A stretch of DNA of 64,000 nucleotides, from the NCBI GenBank assembly GCA_963836075.1, contig CAWIIB010000001.1, positions 544,001 to 608,000 of the forward strand. The letters are read 5' to 3'. This document shows positions 1-12,980 of the stretch, one piece after another. How positions within the stretch are numbered: position 1 is the stretch's first letter; each line of letters begins with the position of its first letter. The translations under genes and the position numbers were made by a program. The stretch comes from an uncultured Acidobacteriota bacterium (GTDB lineage: Bacteria; Acidobacteriota; JAQAZP01). The notes under the pieces were generated by a model. That model was not told the DNA's origin. It searched no databases and was given only the letters and a program-made list of their open reading frames with translations.

Positions 1-1661
1 GTGCTGGTCACCGTGCTGGCCGTGGTTCTCGCCGTGGCCCACAATGCCGTTTCCATCGCCATCCTCGGGCTGCTCGGCGGACTGATCAGTCCGCTCCTCC
101 TTTCCAGCGGCGAGAACCGGCCCTACGCCCTGTTCAGCTACCTCGCGGTACTCGGCCTGATCGCCATCGGTGCCGCGCTCTACCGGCGCTGGCGGGCTCT
201 CGATCTGCTGGCCTTCAGCGGCACGGTGATCATCTTTCAACTCTGGTTCGGCCAGCGCTACACCGCCGGCCAGGAGACACCGGCGCTCCTCTTCACCACC
301 CTGTTCTACCTGCTCTACCTGCTCGTCCCCCTGCTGCACGGCCTGGTCCGGCAGACGCCCTCCCGGGTGGAAGAACTGGCCCTGGTGATGGTCAATGCGC
401 TCTGGTCCGCCATCTCCTTCTACCGGATCCTGCACCAGGACCACCACCAGGTGCTGGGCTTCGTGATCCTCGGGCAGGCAGCGCTCGTCTTCCTTTTCTT
501 CCAACTCTGGCGCAAGAGGGTGCCGGAGGACCGCTGGACCGCGGAGAGCCTGCTCATCCTCACCCTCGGCCTGGTCACCGTGGCGATTCCGATCCAACTG
601 CGGCTCTACGGGATCCCCGTGGCCTGGGGAATGGAGGGGCTGCTGCTGACCTGGCTCGGCATCCGCTACCAGCGCCTGAGCTGCCGGGTGGGCGGAATGA
701 TCGCCCTCCTGCTGGCCGCCGGCGGGCTGCTCTGGCGGCTGCCGCTGCACAAGGCGCTGTTCACCCCGGTGTTCAACATCCCCTTCGGCTCCTGGGTCGT
801 GGTGATCGCCGCTGCCGCCGGGGCCGGCTGGCTGCTCTATCGCCGCGGTGAACTCCCCGGGGACGGCTGGCTGATCTCTCGCGGCAAACTCCCCGGGGCC
901 GCCCTCAATCACGGTCCGGCCTTCCTGCTCTCCGCCCTGCTCACCTGCGGCTTGCTCACCCTGGAAGTGGCCCAGGTACCTGGGACTGGCAGCAGGTGGA
1001 GAACTTCCGGGGATACCAGGCCAGTTCCCTGACCCTGCTCTGGGCACTGTTGCCGCTGGCCACGGCCCTGGCCCTCAACCGCGAGCGGTGGAGGGCAGCG
1101 ATGCCTTTTGCCTGGTTCCTGGTCGGCTGCGGGTTCCTCGCGGTGCTGCCCGGAATGGACCACTACGGGCTCGAAGACGGCTGGCTGCTGCTCAACCTGA
1201 CCTTTGCCGCCAAACTGGCCTTTGTCCTCTCCCTCTGGCAGGTCGCCAGACTGGCGAGGAGATGCGGGACATCCCGCGCCGGTGACATCCTGGAATCGCT
1301 GGGACACGGGTTCCTCGCTATCATCCTGGCCGTCGAGATGTTGCGCTGGGCCGATCACAGCAACTGGGTCCCGGACCGGTTGGGGATCAGTCTCGTTTCG
1401 GCCACCCTTGCCCTGCAGGCGTTTGCCCTGATCTGGATCGGCCTGGCCACCAGGGTTCGGCTGCGCCGGCTCATCGGTTTCGTCCTCTTCGTCATCTGCG
1501 TGGTGAAGGTGGTCGCGGTGGACACCAGCGCGCTCCGCGAGGTTTACCGCATCATCTCTTTCCTGGCCAGTGGACTGCTGCTCATCGCCGCCGCCTACTT
1601 CTACCAGCGGTATGCCAAGCTGCTCTTGGGCACGGAGACGGGCGGGGAGGAAAACCCATGA
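1..1661 (+). CDS. DUF2339-family multi-pass membrane protein (5'-partial; frameshifted at ~975-980)
   Basis: Hydrophobic ORFs 1..1032 and 996..1661 join as LEVAQYWDWQQVENF if two duplicated bases in caggtacctgg are removed. Motifs GLLGGLISPLLLSSG and KVVAVD..L..VYRIISF..SGLLL are typical of DUF2339. Confidence 0.75.
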
Positions 1662-2983
1662 TCGGACGCAGCCCCATTATCCTGTTCCTCCTGCTGCTCT
1701 GCTGCGTGACGGTTCCGGTGACCGCTGCCTTCGACCACGGCGGCTGGAGCTGGCAGGCCCGGATTGGTCCCGGGCCGGAGTCCGAGGGCTTTGTGCGCCT
1801 GCCGCTGACCCCGGAGATCTTCGACCGCTCGCGGCCCGATCTGGCCGACCTGCGGCTTATGGACAGCAGCGGGGCTCTGGTGCCCCATGTGGTCCACTGG
1901 GGCCGGACTAAAGAGAAAGAGGACATCCGCTGGTCCCCGCTGACCTTGATCAACCGCACATTCGAGCCAGGACAGTGGGAGCGGGTGGTGCTCGACTTTG
2001 GCCGGCCGCGGCTCAAGAACCGGATCAGGCTTGCCCTTTCCGGAGATGGGTTCCGGCGCCGGGTGCAGTTGGAGGGGAGCGTGGACGGCCGGTCATGGGA
2101 GCCGGTGGCTGAACAGGGCTGGGTGTTCAGCCTGCGGCGCGACGACGAGCGGTTCGTCGCCGACACGGTGAACTTCCCGGCGAACGATTTCCGCTACCTG
2201 CGGCTGACCCTGTTCCACGATCCGGACGACCCGCGGCGGATCGGATTGGATGCGGTGGACGGCGGTTTTCGTGAACCGGTTAAGGAGCCGGAACTGATGT
2301 CGGTACCGCTGCGAAGCCTGGACCGGTCTCACGACCCGGTGCGGCGGGAGACCAGCGTGCACCTCGACCTGGGGTGGCGGAACCTGCCCCTGGCCCGGCT
2401 CACAGTAGAGTCCGGGGACGACTATTACTACCGGGCATATGAGCTTCTGGGGCGGGATGGTGAGGTGGAAACAGTGAGACGCCGCCACGAATCGGGCTGG
2501 ATCACCGAGGAGCGAGAGGCCCCCTGGCGTCCGGTGGGCCGGGGGGTGCTGCACCGGATCCACCACGGTGACCGAATCTCCGTGGCCAACACCATTGCCC
2601 TGGACCGGGTGCGCCACCGCTATCTCAAACTGGTCATCCTCGATCAGGACAATCCGCCGCTGGTAATTGAGGGTGTCGTTGTGCAGCGGCGGGAAGTGAG
2701 CCTGGTCTTCGATCACCGGCGGGATGTCGAATATTCGCTCATCGGAGGGAACCAGCAGGCCGAAACTCCGGCCTACGACCTGGCCCAGGCCGTGGACGGC
2801 GTGGACGAGAAGATCCTGCCGCAGTTGGCTGCACCGTCACAGCTCGAGATGCTGGACCACGTTCCGCCGACCCTGCCCTGGACCGAACGCTACCGGGTGG
2901 TGCTCTGGGGCGCGCTGATCCTGGCCGTGGGTCTGATGCTGCTGCTCATTTTCCGCAGCCTGGGCCAGCTTGGCCGGGATTGA
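1658..2983 (+). CDS. DUF3999-like exported, C-terminally anchored protein
   Basis: Signal peptide, DLADLRLMD..G..VP, LEGS.DG.SW, G..QA.TP.YDL and a C-terminal TM (VLWGALILAV). ATGA overlap with the DUF2339 gene, its usual partner. Confidence 0.7.
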   Translation: MIGRSPIILFLLLLCCVTVPVTAAFDHGGWSWQARIGPGPESEGFVRLPLTPEIFDRSRPDLADLRLMDSSGALVPHVVHWGRTKEKEDIRWSPLTLINRTFEPGQWERVVLDFGRPRLKNRIRLALSGDGFRRRVQLEGSVDGRSWEPVAEQGWVFSLRRDDERFVADTVNFPANDFRYLRLTLFHDPDDPRRIGLDAVDGGFREPVKEPELMSVPLRSLDRSHDPVRRETSVHLDLGWRNLPLARLTVESGDDYYYRAYELLGRDGEVETVRRRHESGWITEEREAPWRPVGRGVLHRIHHGDRISVANTIALDRVRHRYLKLVILDQDNPPLVIEGVVVQRREVSLVFDHRRDVEYSLIGGNQQAETPAYDLAQAVDGVDEKILPQLAAPSQLEMLDHVPPTLPWTERYRVVLWGALILAVGLMLLLIFRSLGQLGRD

Positions 2984-3064
2984 GCCGACCGGTCTCTGAT
3001 CCACGCAGAAACGCCCCGCACGGCTCAAGCGGTTGCAGGGCGTTCCGTAGATTTCCGAGCCGGC

Positions 3065-4693
3065 TCAGCCGTTTTCCGGCACCCGCATCCCGTCACCGTG
3101 CACCAGGGCGCGGTAGGTCTTTTCAATGCGGTCCCAGTTCTCCTCGCGGTCCAGGGCCCAGTGACGGCCGATCACGGTGGTCACCTTGCCCAGGCCCAGC
3201 TCCGCGGCCTTCTTCTCCATGTCGCCCACATAGCGGGCACCGGCCTCGGGCCGCTCCCCCCGCCGGCCCAAAAGGCCGTGGATGTAGACTTCCTTCACGC
3301 CCCGCTCTTTCGCCATATCCATCAGCGCGTAGAGGTGATCCAGGGAGCCGTGGGAACTGAAGAAGGAAACGATGCCCAGCAGGTGCAGGGCGGTGCCGTC
3401 CTTCTTCGCCCCGTCCATCATGGCGCAGAAGGCCGGGTTCTTGCCGAAGTCGCCGGTTTCCAGGTCGGCCTCGATGCGCAGACGGTCGGAGTAGACCACC
3501 CGGCCGGCGCCGATGTGCAGGTGGCCCGACTCGGAGTTGCCCACCGTACCTTTGGGCAGGCCCACGGCCCGGCCGTGCGCCGCCACCTGGACCCAGGGGT
3601 AGTTCTTCATCAGCTCGTCCAGCACCGGGGTGCCGGCATCCTTGATCAGGTTCCAGCCCGGATCGGCATCCGGGTCGCCGATGCCGAAGCCGTCGACGAT
3701 CATCACCAGCACCCGGCGGTCCCGGTCGCCGAGCATCCTGTGGGCAAATCCTGCCGGCAGCATGTTCGCGCCGTTCATCACTTCAGGGATATCGAGGCCC
3801 AGCAGGTCGAGGGCCGTGGGCGCCACGTTGATCAGGCTGCCGCCCTCGGGCAGCCGCAGGCCGGTGGCGTCGCAGCCCTCGGGGGGCACGACGATAAAGG
3901 GCACCGGGCTGTCGGTGTGGCCGGTGTCGATGCTCCCCTCGGGGTATTTGCGCTTTTCCACGGTACCGTGGTCGGCGATGACGATGGTGGCCACCCCGTT
4001 CTTGCGCGCGGCCTCGATCACCCGGCCGGCACAGCGGTCCACGGTCTGCACCGCCTTCTTCACCGCCTCGTCGTTCTCGATGTGTCCCACCACGTCGACA
4101 TTGGCGAAGTTGCCCACCAGCAGCTTCATCTCGGGGTCGCCGAGGTGCTTGACCAACCGGTTGGCCACTTCCTCGGCCTCCATCTGGGGCCGCTGGTCAA
4201 AGAAGTCGATATCCTTTGGCGTGGGGACGAAATCACGGGTCTCGCCATCGTAGAAATCCTGGCATTTGCCGTTGAAGAAGAACCCGAGGTGGATCGCCTT
4301 CTCGGTCTCCACCACCTTGGCCTGTTTCAGGCCGGCGCGGCTCACCACGTCGCAGAGAGTGTGTGTAAGTTTTTCCAGCGTCGGGTAGGCCACCTCGACG
4401 TCGAGCTTCGGGTCATACTCGATCATGGTGGCCCAGCGGGTCTTCATCCCCCTGGGGATTTCGAACTCGTTGAAATGCTGCTTGACGAAGGCCTCGGTCA
4501 GTTCCACTTCACGCTCGCCGCGGATATCGTAGAAAATAACGTAGTCGCCGTCGCCGATGCGCCCCACCGGGTTGCCTTTTCCATCGTCGAGCACCATGGG
4601 CTCCATGGCCTCGTCGTCCTCACCCAGGCGATACCGTTCGAGAACGGCCTGGCTCATCGGCGTCACACGTTCTGTCTTGCTAGTCTGGTCCAT
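3065..4693 (-). CDS. gpmI: 2,3-bisphosphoglycerate-independent phosphoglycerate mutase, circularly permuted
   Basis: All iPGM motifs are present (IVDGFG, VGLP.G..GNSE.GH..IGAGR, ETEK, NFANVDVVGH, ADHG, GHT..PVP, VAPT.L), but the canonical C-terminal half comes before the canonical N-terminal half. Confidence 0.88.
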   Translation of the reverse strand: MDQTSKTERVTPMSQAVLERYRLGEDDEAMEPMVLDDGKGNPVGRIGDGDYVIFYDIRGEREVELTEAFVKQHFNEFEIPRGMKTRWATMIEYDPKLDVEVAYPTLEKLTHTLCDVVSRAGLKQAKVVETEKAIHLGFFFNGKCQDFYDGETRDFVPTPKDIDFFDQRPQMEAEEVANRLVKHLGDPEMKLLVGNFANVDVVGHIENDEAVKKAVQTVDRCAGRVIEAARKNGVATIVIADHGTVEKRKYPEGSIDTGHTDSPVPFIVVPPEGCDATGLRLPEGGSLINVAPTALDLLGLDIPEVMNGANMLPAGFAHRMLGDRDRRVLVMIVDGFGIGDPDADPGWNLIKDAGTPVLDELMKNYPWVQVAAHGRAVGLPKGTVGNSESGHLHIGAGRVVYSDRLRIEADLETGDFGKNPAFCAMMDGAKKDGTALHLLGIVSFFSSHGSLDHLYALMDMAKERGVKEVYIHGLLGRRGERPEAGARYVGDMEKKAAELGLGKVTTVIGRHWALDREENWDRIEKTYRALVHGDGMRVPENG

Positions 4694-4746
4694 CCTTCGT
4701 CCAAGCCCCCTATTGTTTCAACTATCCTGATTCGACAAAGATGAGG

Positions 4747-4776
4747 ATTATAGGAATTCGGGGCTCGGCGGGTCAA
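4747..4776 (-). promoter_or_regulatory. sigma70-type promoter for the permuted gpmI
   Basis: Minus strand TTGACC-18 nt-TATAAT, about 55 nt upstream of ATG 4693. Confidence 0.65.
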
Positions 4777-4825
4777 GCAATGTCAAGCATTTATCAGCCT
4801 TTGTCTCCTCCGGCAGACACGATTA

Positions 4826-4854
4826 TTGACTTCACCAAATGGCTGGTCTATGAT
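4826..4854 (+). promoter_or_regulatory. sigma70-type promoter for the kdsB-pyrG-kdsA operon
   Basis: TTGACT-17 nt-TATGAT. Confidence 0.65.
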
Positions 4855-4946
4855 TGACAGACCTCCCTAGGTCACCCAGAAATCAGGATATTTCCCGGAT
4901 TGAAACCGTCTTCCACCGCATGGTGCGTCATCCAGACGTGTGACCG

Positions 4947-8246
<3,300 letters not shown>

Positions 8247-8250
8247 TCCG

Positions 8251-9207
8251 ATGAGTCTCGAGATCGCCCGCAAGGTGCTGGAAATCGAGGCCGACGCGGT
8301 GCGCGGCCTGATCGAGACCCTGGACGAGCGGTTCGAACAGGCCGTGGACCTGATCTTCGGCTGCACCGGCCGCACCATCCTCACCGGCATGGGCAAGTCG
8401 GGGATCATCTGCAAGAAGATCTCGGCCACCCTGGCCTCCACCGGCACACCGTCCCTTTTCCTGCACCCCGCTGAGGCGGTGCACGGGGACCTGGGCATGG
8501 TGGTGGAGGGCGACGTGGTGGTGGCCGTCTCCAACAGCGGCGAGACCGAGGAGATCACCCGCATGCTCGACCGGATCAAGCGGCTGCGCGTCCCGCTGAT
8601 CTCGCTCAGCGGCTCGCTGCAGTCCACCCTGGCCCGGTACAGCGACGTGGCCCTGCACATCCCCATCCCCCGGGAGGCCGACCCCCTGGGCCTGGCCCCC
8701 ACCGCCAGCACCACCGCGGCCCTGGCCATGGGCGACGCCCTGGCGGTGGCCCTGACCCAGCGCCGCGGCTTTCGCCGGGAGGACTTTGCCGCCTTCCACC
8801 CCGGGGGCGAGCTGGGCCGGCAGCTGCTCAAGGTGGGTGACCTGATGCACCGTGGCGACCGCGTACCCCGGGTGGGCCCGGAGACCACGCTCAAGGACTG
8901 CCTGATCGAGATGTCGGCCAAGGGCTTCGGCATGACCACCGTGACGGACGGGGACGGCTTGCTGCTGGGCATCGTCACCGACGGCGACCTGCGCCGCTGG
9001 CTGGTGCAGGACACCGACATCAGCAGCGTCACCGCCGGCCAGTGCATGACCAGGGATCCGGCCACCATCCCGGTCACGGCCCTGGCCACCCGGGCCCTGG
9101 CCCTGATGGAAGAACGGAAGATCACCTCGCTCTGCATTGTCGACGACCAGGGCACGCTGGAGGGCATCATCCACCTCCACGACCTCTGGCGAACCGAAAT
9201 GGTGTAA
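8251..9207 (+). CDS. kdsD: arabinose-5-phosphate isomerase (KpsF/GutQ family, SIS plus CBS pair)
   Basis: TGMGKSG, STGTPS.FLHPAEAVHGDLG, APTASTTA.LAMGDALA, FHPGG.LG, TDGDLRR. Confidence 0.95.
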   Translation: MSLEIARKVLEIEADAVRGLIETLDERFEQAVDLIFGCTGRTILTGMGKSGIICKKISATLASTGTPSLFLHPAEAVHGDLGMVVEGDVVVAVSNSGETEEITRMLDRIKRLRVPLISLSGSLQSTLARYSDVALHIPIPREADPLGLAPTASTTAALAMGDALAVALTQRRGFRREDFAAFHPGGELGRQLLKVGDLMHRGDRVPRVGPETTLKDCLIEMSAKGFGMTTVTDGDGLLLGIVTDGDLRRWLVQDTDISSVTAGQCMTRDPATIPVTALATRALALMEERKITSLCIVDDQGTLEGIIHLHDLWRTEMV

Positions 9208-9210
9208 CCG

Positions 9211-9738
9211 ATGGAACCTGACCTCAAGCGGCGGGCCGCGGGGATCGAGTGCGTGCTCACCGACGTGGACGGCGTGCTCACCGACGGCACCATCGCCCTC
9301 TTTGGCGAGAATGAGGAAGTGAAGCACTTCCACGTCTGGGACGGCAGCGGCATCAAGTATGCCCAGCGGGCCGGCCTGATGGTCGGCTTCATCACCGGCC
9401 GGAAGTCTGAAACGGTGGCCCGCCGCGCCGCGGAGCTGGGCGTGGAAGAGGTGCACATGGGGGCGATCCGCAAGCTGCCGGTGCTGGAAGAGCTGATGGT
9501 CCGCCACCGGCTTGATCCGCGGCAGATCGCCTACCTTGGTGACGACCTGATCGACCTGCCGATCCTCACCCGGGTGGGCCTGGCCGTGGCCGTGCCCGAA
9601 GCTCATCAAGAGGTGCTGTCCCGGGTGCACCATGTCACCGGGGCCTCGGCCGGCAAGGGCGCGCTCCGGGAACTGATCGAAATCATCCTCAAGGCCCGGG
9701 GGGACTGGGACGCACTGATGGAACGCTACCTGATCTAG
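9211..9738 (+). CDS. kdsC: KDO 8-phosphate phosphatase (HAD family)
   Basis: DVDGVLTDG, ITGR, YLGDDLIDLP, G.GALRE. Confidence 0.93.
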   Translation: MEPDLKRRAAGIECVLTDVDGVLTDGTIALFGENEEVKHFHVWDGSGIKYAQRAGLMVGFITGRKSETVARRAAELGVEEVHMGAIRKLPVLEELMVRHRLDPRQIAYLGDDLIDLPILTRVGLAVAVPEAHQEVLSRVHHVTGASAGKGALRELIEIILKARGDWDALMERYLI

Positions 9739-9776
9739 CACGGTCCGCCCGGAAAACATCTGTTACGGAGGGAGTT

Positions 9777-10157
9777 ATGAAATATCTGACCCTGCTGCTG
9801 ATCCTGCTCCTTTCGCTGGTCCTGCTCTGCTTCCTCTATCTCAACCAGGGGCCGGTATCGATCAAGTACTACCCCGGGGAGGGCCACCAGACACCGCCGG
9901 TCCCGCTCTTTGCCGTGATCATGCTGGGGATCATCGCCGGGGTGCTGATGGCCGGCCTGATCGGCTTTGCCGAGCAGCTGCGGCTCCGTTTCCGCCTGCG
10001 GCAGGCGGTCAAGGCCAAAGGGGTCATGGAACAGCAGCTGGAGAAGCTGAAGAAGGATCTGGAGGAAAGCAGCGCCCTGGAAGCGGGGTTCTCCGATCCG
10101 GATGTGGCGGAGCTGCCCGCCGGTGGCGGGGAAAACGTCCCGGATCAACTCTCCTGA
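9777..10157 (+). CDS. LapA-family (DUF1049) membrane protein
   Basis: Two TM segments joined by NQ.PV, a VPL..V motif, then a basic coiled coil; LPS gene context. Confidence 0.65.
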   Translation: MKYLTLLLILLLSLVLLCFLYLNQGPVSIKYYPGEGHQTPPVPLFAVIMLGIIAGVLMAGLIGFAEQLRLRFRLRQAVKAKGVMEQQLEKLKKDLEESSALEAGFSDPDVAELPAGGGENVPDQLS

Positions 10158-10546
10158 AACGATTCGGGGCGGGAGTAACGGGCGGCCGAGCCCGGCGTCT
10201 CCTCCACCTCCACCGCCTGCAACCAGGCCCCGGACACCGAGCCGCCCACCAGCGGAGCGCGGTGGATCAGGCGGTAGATCTCGCCGGCCAGGTTTTCCGC
10301 CGAGGGGTTCGAGCCGCTGAACAGCGGGTCGAGGTTCAGATCGCAGCCCTCGAACCGCTGGAGGATGCTTTCCAGCAGCAAGCGCAACCGCCGCACGTCA
10401 ACCAGCATGCCCCAGGGGCCGCACTCGTCCCCCCGCACGATGGCCCGCACCTTCCAGCGGTGGCCGTGGACCCTGGCGCATCGCCCGGCATAGCCCTCAA
10501 GGTGGTGGGCCGCGGAGAAGGGGACTTCCACCTGTACCTCGAACAT
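10145..10546 (-). CDS. queD: 6-carboxy-5,6,7,8-tetrahydropterin synthase
   Basis: FSAAHHL..Y.G.C.RVHGH.W, NPSAENLA, VEETP. Confidence 0.85.
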   Translation of the reverse strand: MFEVQVEVPFSAAHHLEGYAGRCARVHGHRWKVRAIVRGDECGPWGMLVDVRRLRLLLESILQRFEGCDLNLDPLFSGSNPSAENLAGEIYRLIHRAPLVGGSVSGAWLQAVEVEETPGSAARYSRPESFQES

Positions 10547-11535
10547 CAGATGATCTCCTCCATCTCCCCGGCATAGACTGGAGTGGTGCCCACCTTGCCC
10601 ACCGCCACGCCGGCCGCCATGTTGGAGAGCACCGCCGCCTCGCGCATGGTGGCCCCGGCGGCCATGGCCGCGGTGAACCAGGCGATCACCGTGTCACCGG
10701 CACCGGTGACATCGTAGACCTCGCGGTTGGCCGCGGGGATGCTGACCAGCCGCTTGCCCCGCTCGACGAGGCTCATGCCGTGCTGCCCGCGGGTGATCAG
10801 CACCGCCCGGCAATCGAGGCGGCGCATGATCTTGCGCCCCGCGGTCTGGAAATCCTCGTCGTCAACCGGGGAGAAGTTTCCCATGAAACTGTTCACCTCG
10901 TGGCGATTGGGGGTGATCACCGCGGCCCCGTTGCGGTAGTGCAGGAAGTTCGCCGGCTTGGGATCGGCGGTGAGCGGTATCCCGGCCCGGCCGGCTTCGC
11001 CGAGACAGAAGGCCACCAGGTCCTCGGTGAGCGTCCCCTTGTCGTAGTCCGAGAGCAACATGGCGTCCACCGAACCGGCCAGGCGACGAATACTCTCCTT
11101 CAGGTCGCTCTGCACTTCCGGGGAAAGACTAAGCCGGCCGGCTTCCCGGTCGGTGCGCAGCAGCTGCTGGCCCCGGGCGATGATTCTGGTTTTCACCGTG
11201 GTGGGGTGGCCGGGGATGCGGAGCAGGGCTCCGACGCGGGCGCCGTCTCCGCTGAGCAGGTCCACCAGCTCGGTACCGGCCCGGTCGTCACCCACCACGC
11301 CCACCACCTCCACCCCGGCACCCATGGCCGCCAGGTTCTCCACCACGTTGCCTGCCCCGCCGGGCACGGCGCTCTCCCCGGTAACCCGCACCACCGGCAC
11401 GGGCGCTTCCGGTGAGATCCGCGACACATCGCCCATCAGGAAACGGTCGAGCATCAGGTCGCCCACCACCAGCACGCGTACCCCGGACAGGCGCTTGAGG
11501 ATGTCGCGACCCTTCTTGCGGGACAGGAGTTTCAT
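10546..11535 (-). CDS. rfaE1: D-glycero-manno-heptose-7-phosphate kinase (RfaE domain I, PfkB family)
   Basis: VVGDLMLDRF..G.VSRISPEAPVPV, SDYDKG, DPK, ITPN..E, DVTGAGDTVIA. ATG 11535 overlaps the waaL stop. Confidence 0.92.
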   Translation of the reverse strand: MKLLSRKKGRDILKRLSGVRVLVVGDLMLDRFLMGDVSRISPEAPVPVVRVTGESAVPGGAGNVVENLAAMGAGVEVVGVVGDDRAGTELVDLLSGDGARVGALLRIPGHPTTVKTRIIARGQQLLRTDREAGRLSLSPEVQSDLKESIRRLAGSVDAMLLSDYDKGTLTEDLVAFCLGEAGRAGIPLTADPKPANFLHYRNGAAVITPNRHEVNSFMGNFSPVDDEDFQTAGRKIMRRLDCRAVLITRGQHGMSLVERGKRLVSIPAANREVYDVTGAGDTVIAWFTAAMAAGATMREAAVLSNMAAGVAVGKVGTTPVYAGEMEEII

Positions 11536-12803
11536 TGTTCTGCACCTCTGCTGCCAGCCGTCTCCCAGGCGGAATAGGCGGTGGAAATGATGAACAGGAA
11601 GAGGATCAGCACCTCGGTGTCCCCGAAATTGTACTCGAAAATCCCGGCGGTGAAAAACGCCGCGGCTGCGGCCAGCGGCCCCAGCTGGAAGAAAAGGCGG
11701 TGGTCGTGGGGCCGGCCCGCTGGTACGGGGCCCCGGGCAAATCCGCCCATCCGGCGCAGCCGGCCCACCAGGTCGCTGAGCAGCCAGAGCACGAACCAGA
11801 GCCAGAAGGCGAAACCCACCAGCCCGGACTCGGCACAGACCTGCACCGGGGTGTTGTGCAGGTGGATGGTGTGTTCGTTTACCGCCGTATTGGTGCGGTA
11901 CGCCGGGTAGAGCACCTCCACCATGCCGGGGCCCACCCCCTGCAGAGGGTGGTCGATGATCATCCGCGCCCCGCTCTTCAGCTGGTTCAGACGGTCGAGG
12001 TTGGAGACATCGGTGTGGGTGTCGAAGATGTTCACGATCCGTGTGGCCAGCGTCCCGTCGGTCAGGGCGAGCACCACCACCAGCGCCAGCGGAACGGTGA
12101 CCAGTTTCCAGGACCTCAGGCAGGCGGCGATCACGGCGATTCCGGCCAGCAGGCCGACCCAGGCGTGGCGGGAGTAGGTCAGGACCAGGGCCATGGTCAC
12201 CAGCACCAGGGAGGCCCAGACCCACCAGCGCCTCCGCTCACGCCCCTGTTCGCCGCCCGGCGAGCTGGCCAGCAGGGCGATGATCAACACGTCCACCAGC
12301 ATCAGGATACCGGAGTAGGTCATGTAGTGGCCCATGGGTCCGGATATCCTGTGCTGCACACCGCCCATGTCGTCGATGACATACTGGCCCAGGCCCACCA
12401 GGGCCACCATCCCCCCCATCAGCACCACCACGTGGACCAGCGGCAGTACGTCGTCCTCCCCCTCGACGATGTTGTAGAAGAGGAGCAGCACCAGCAGGTT
12501 TAACAACCCCGGCAGGTAGGTCACGCTGTCCGCCGGGTCCACGGAGAGGATGGCGGAGATAACGGTCTGGAGAATGAGCAGGAACAGCGGGATCATCAGC
12601 GGCAAAAAACGGAAGGTCCGGCCCCCCTGGCGGAGCAGCAGGCCGATCCAGAGCAGGGAAATCAGGTTGAGACAGATCTGGACCAGGGCGATCCTGGTCA
12701 CACCGAAGAGGGCCAGGGCCAGCAGCAGGTAGAGCAGCTTTTCGCCGATCCCGGGCCTTCGGGCCAGCGGAACGGAGAAGAGGTCACCTCCCAGGAGCGT
12801 CAT
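11532..12803 (-). CDS. waaL: O-antigen ligase family protein
   Basis: Many TM helices, R..G..GHY, LTYSR..W, P..GVG.G, HLHN..VQ..AE.GLVG. Confidence 0.8.
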   Translation of the reverse strand: MTLLGGDLFSVPLARRPGIGEKLLYLLLALALFGVTRIALVQICLNLISLLWIGLLLRQGGRTFRFLPLMIPLFLLILQTVISAILSVDPADSVTYLPGLLNLLVLLLFYNIVEGEDDVLPLVHVVVLMGGMVALVGLGQYVIDDMGGVQHRISGPMGHYMTYSGILMLVDVLIIALLASSPGGEQGRERRRWWVWASLVLVTMALVLTYSRHAWVGLLAGIAVIAACLRSWKLVTVPLALVVVLALTDGTLATRIVNIFDTHTDVSNLDRLNQLKSGARMIIDHPLQGVGPGMVEVLYPAYRTNTAVNEHTIHLHNTPVQVCAESGLVGFAFWLWFVLWLLSDLVGRLRRMGGFARGPVPAGRPHDHRLFFQLGPLAAAAAFFTAGIFEYNFGDTEVLILFLFIISTAYSAWETAGSRGAEQ

Positions 12804-12896
12804 CGCTGCCCCCCCGCGGTTCACTGCTGCCGGCATTCTGCCTGGTGGTATACATGTATCGACCCAGCTGTTGGGGTGTTCCAGAGTTCGGTTATC

Positions 12897-12972
12897 ACTA
12901 TAGACAGCTGCCCGAAAGCTGTCAACGAAGTCGATTCTTCCCTTTGCATGGCGACCCTGGACTCAATATAAT
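12897..12972. promoter_or_regulatory. back-to-back sigma70 promoters with an inverted repeat
   Basis: Minus strand TTGACA-17-TATAGT (12925-12897). Plus strand TTGCAT-17-TATAAT (12944-12972). Perfect inverted repeat GACAGCT-N7-AGCTGTC at 12903-12923. Confidence 0.65.
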
Positions 12973-12980
12973 CACCAACT

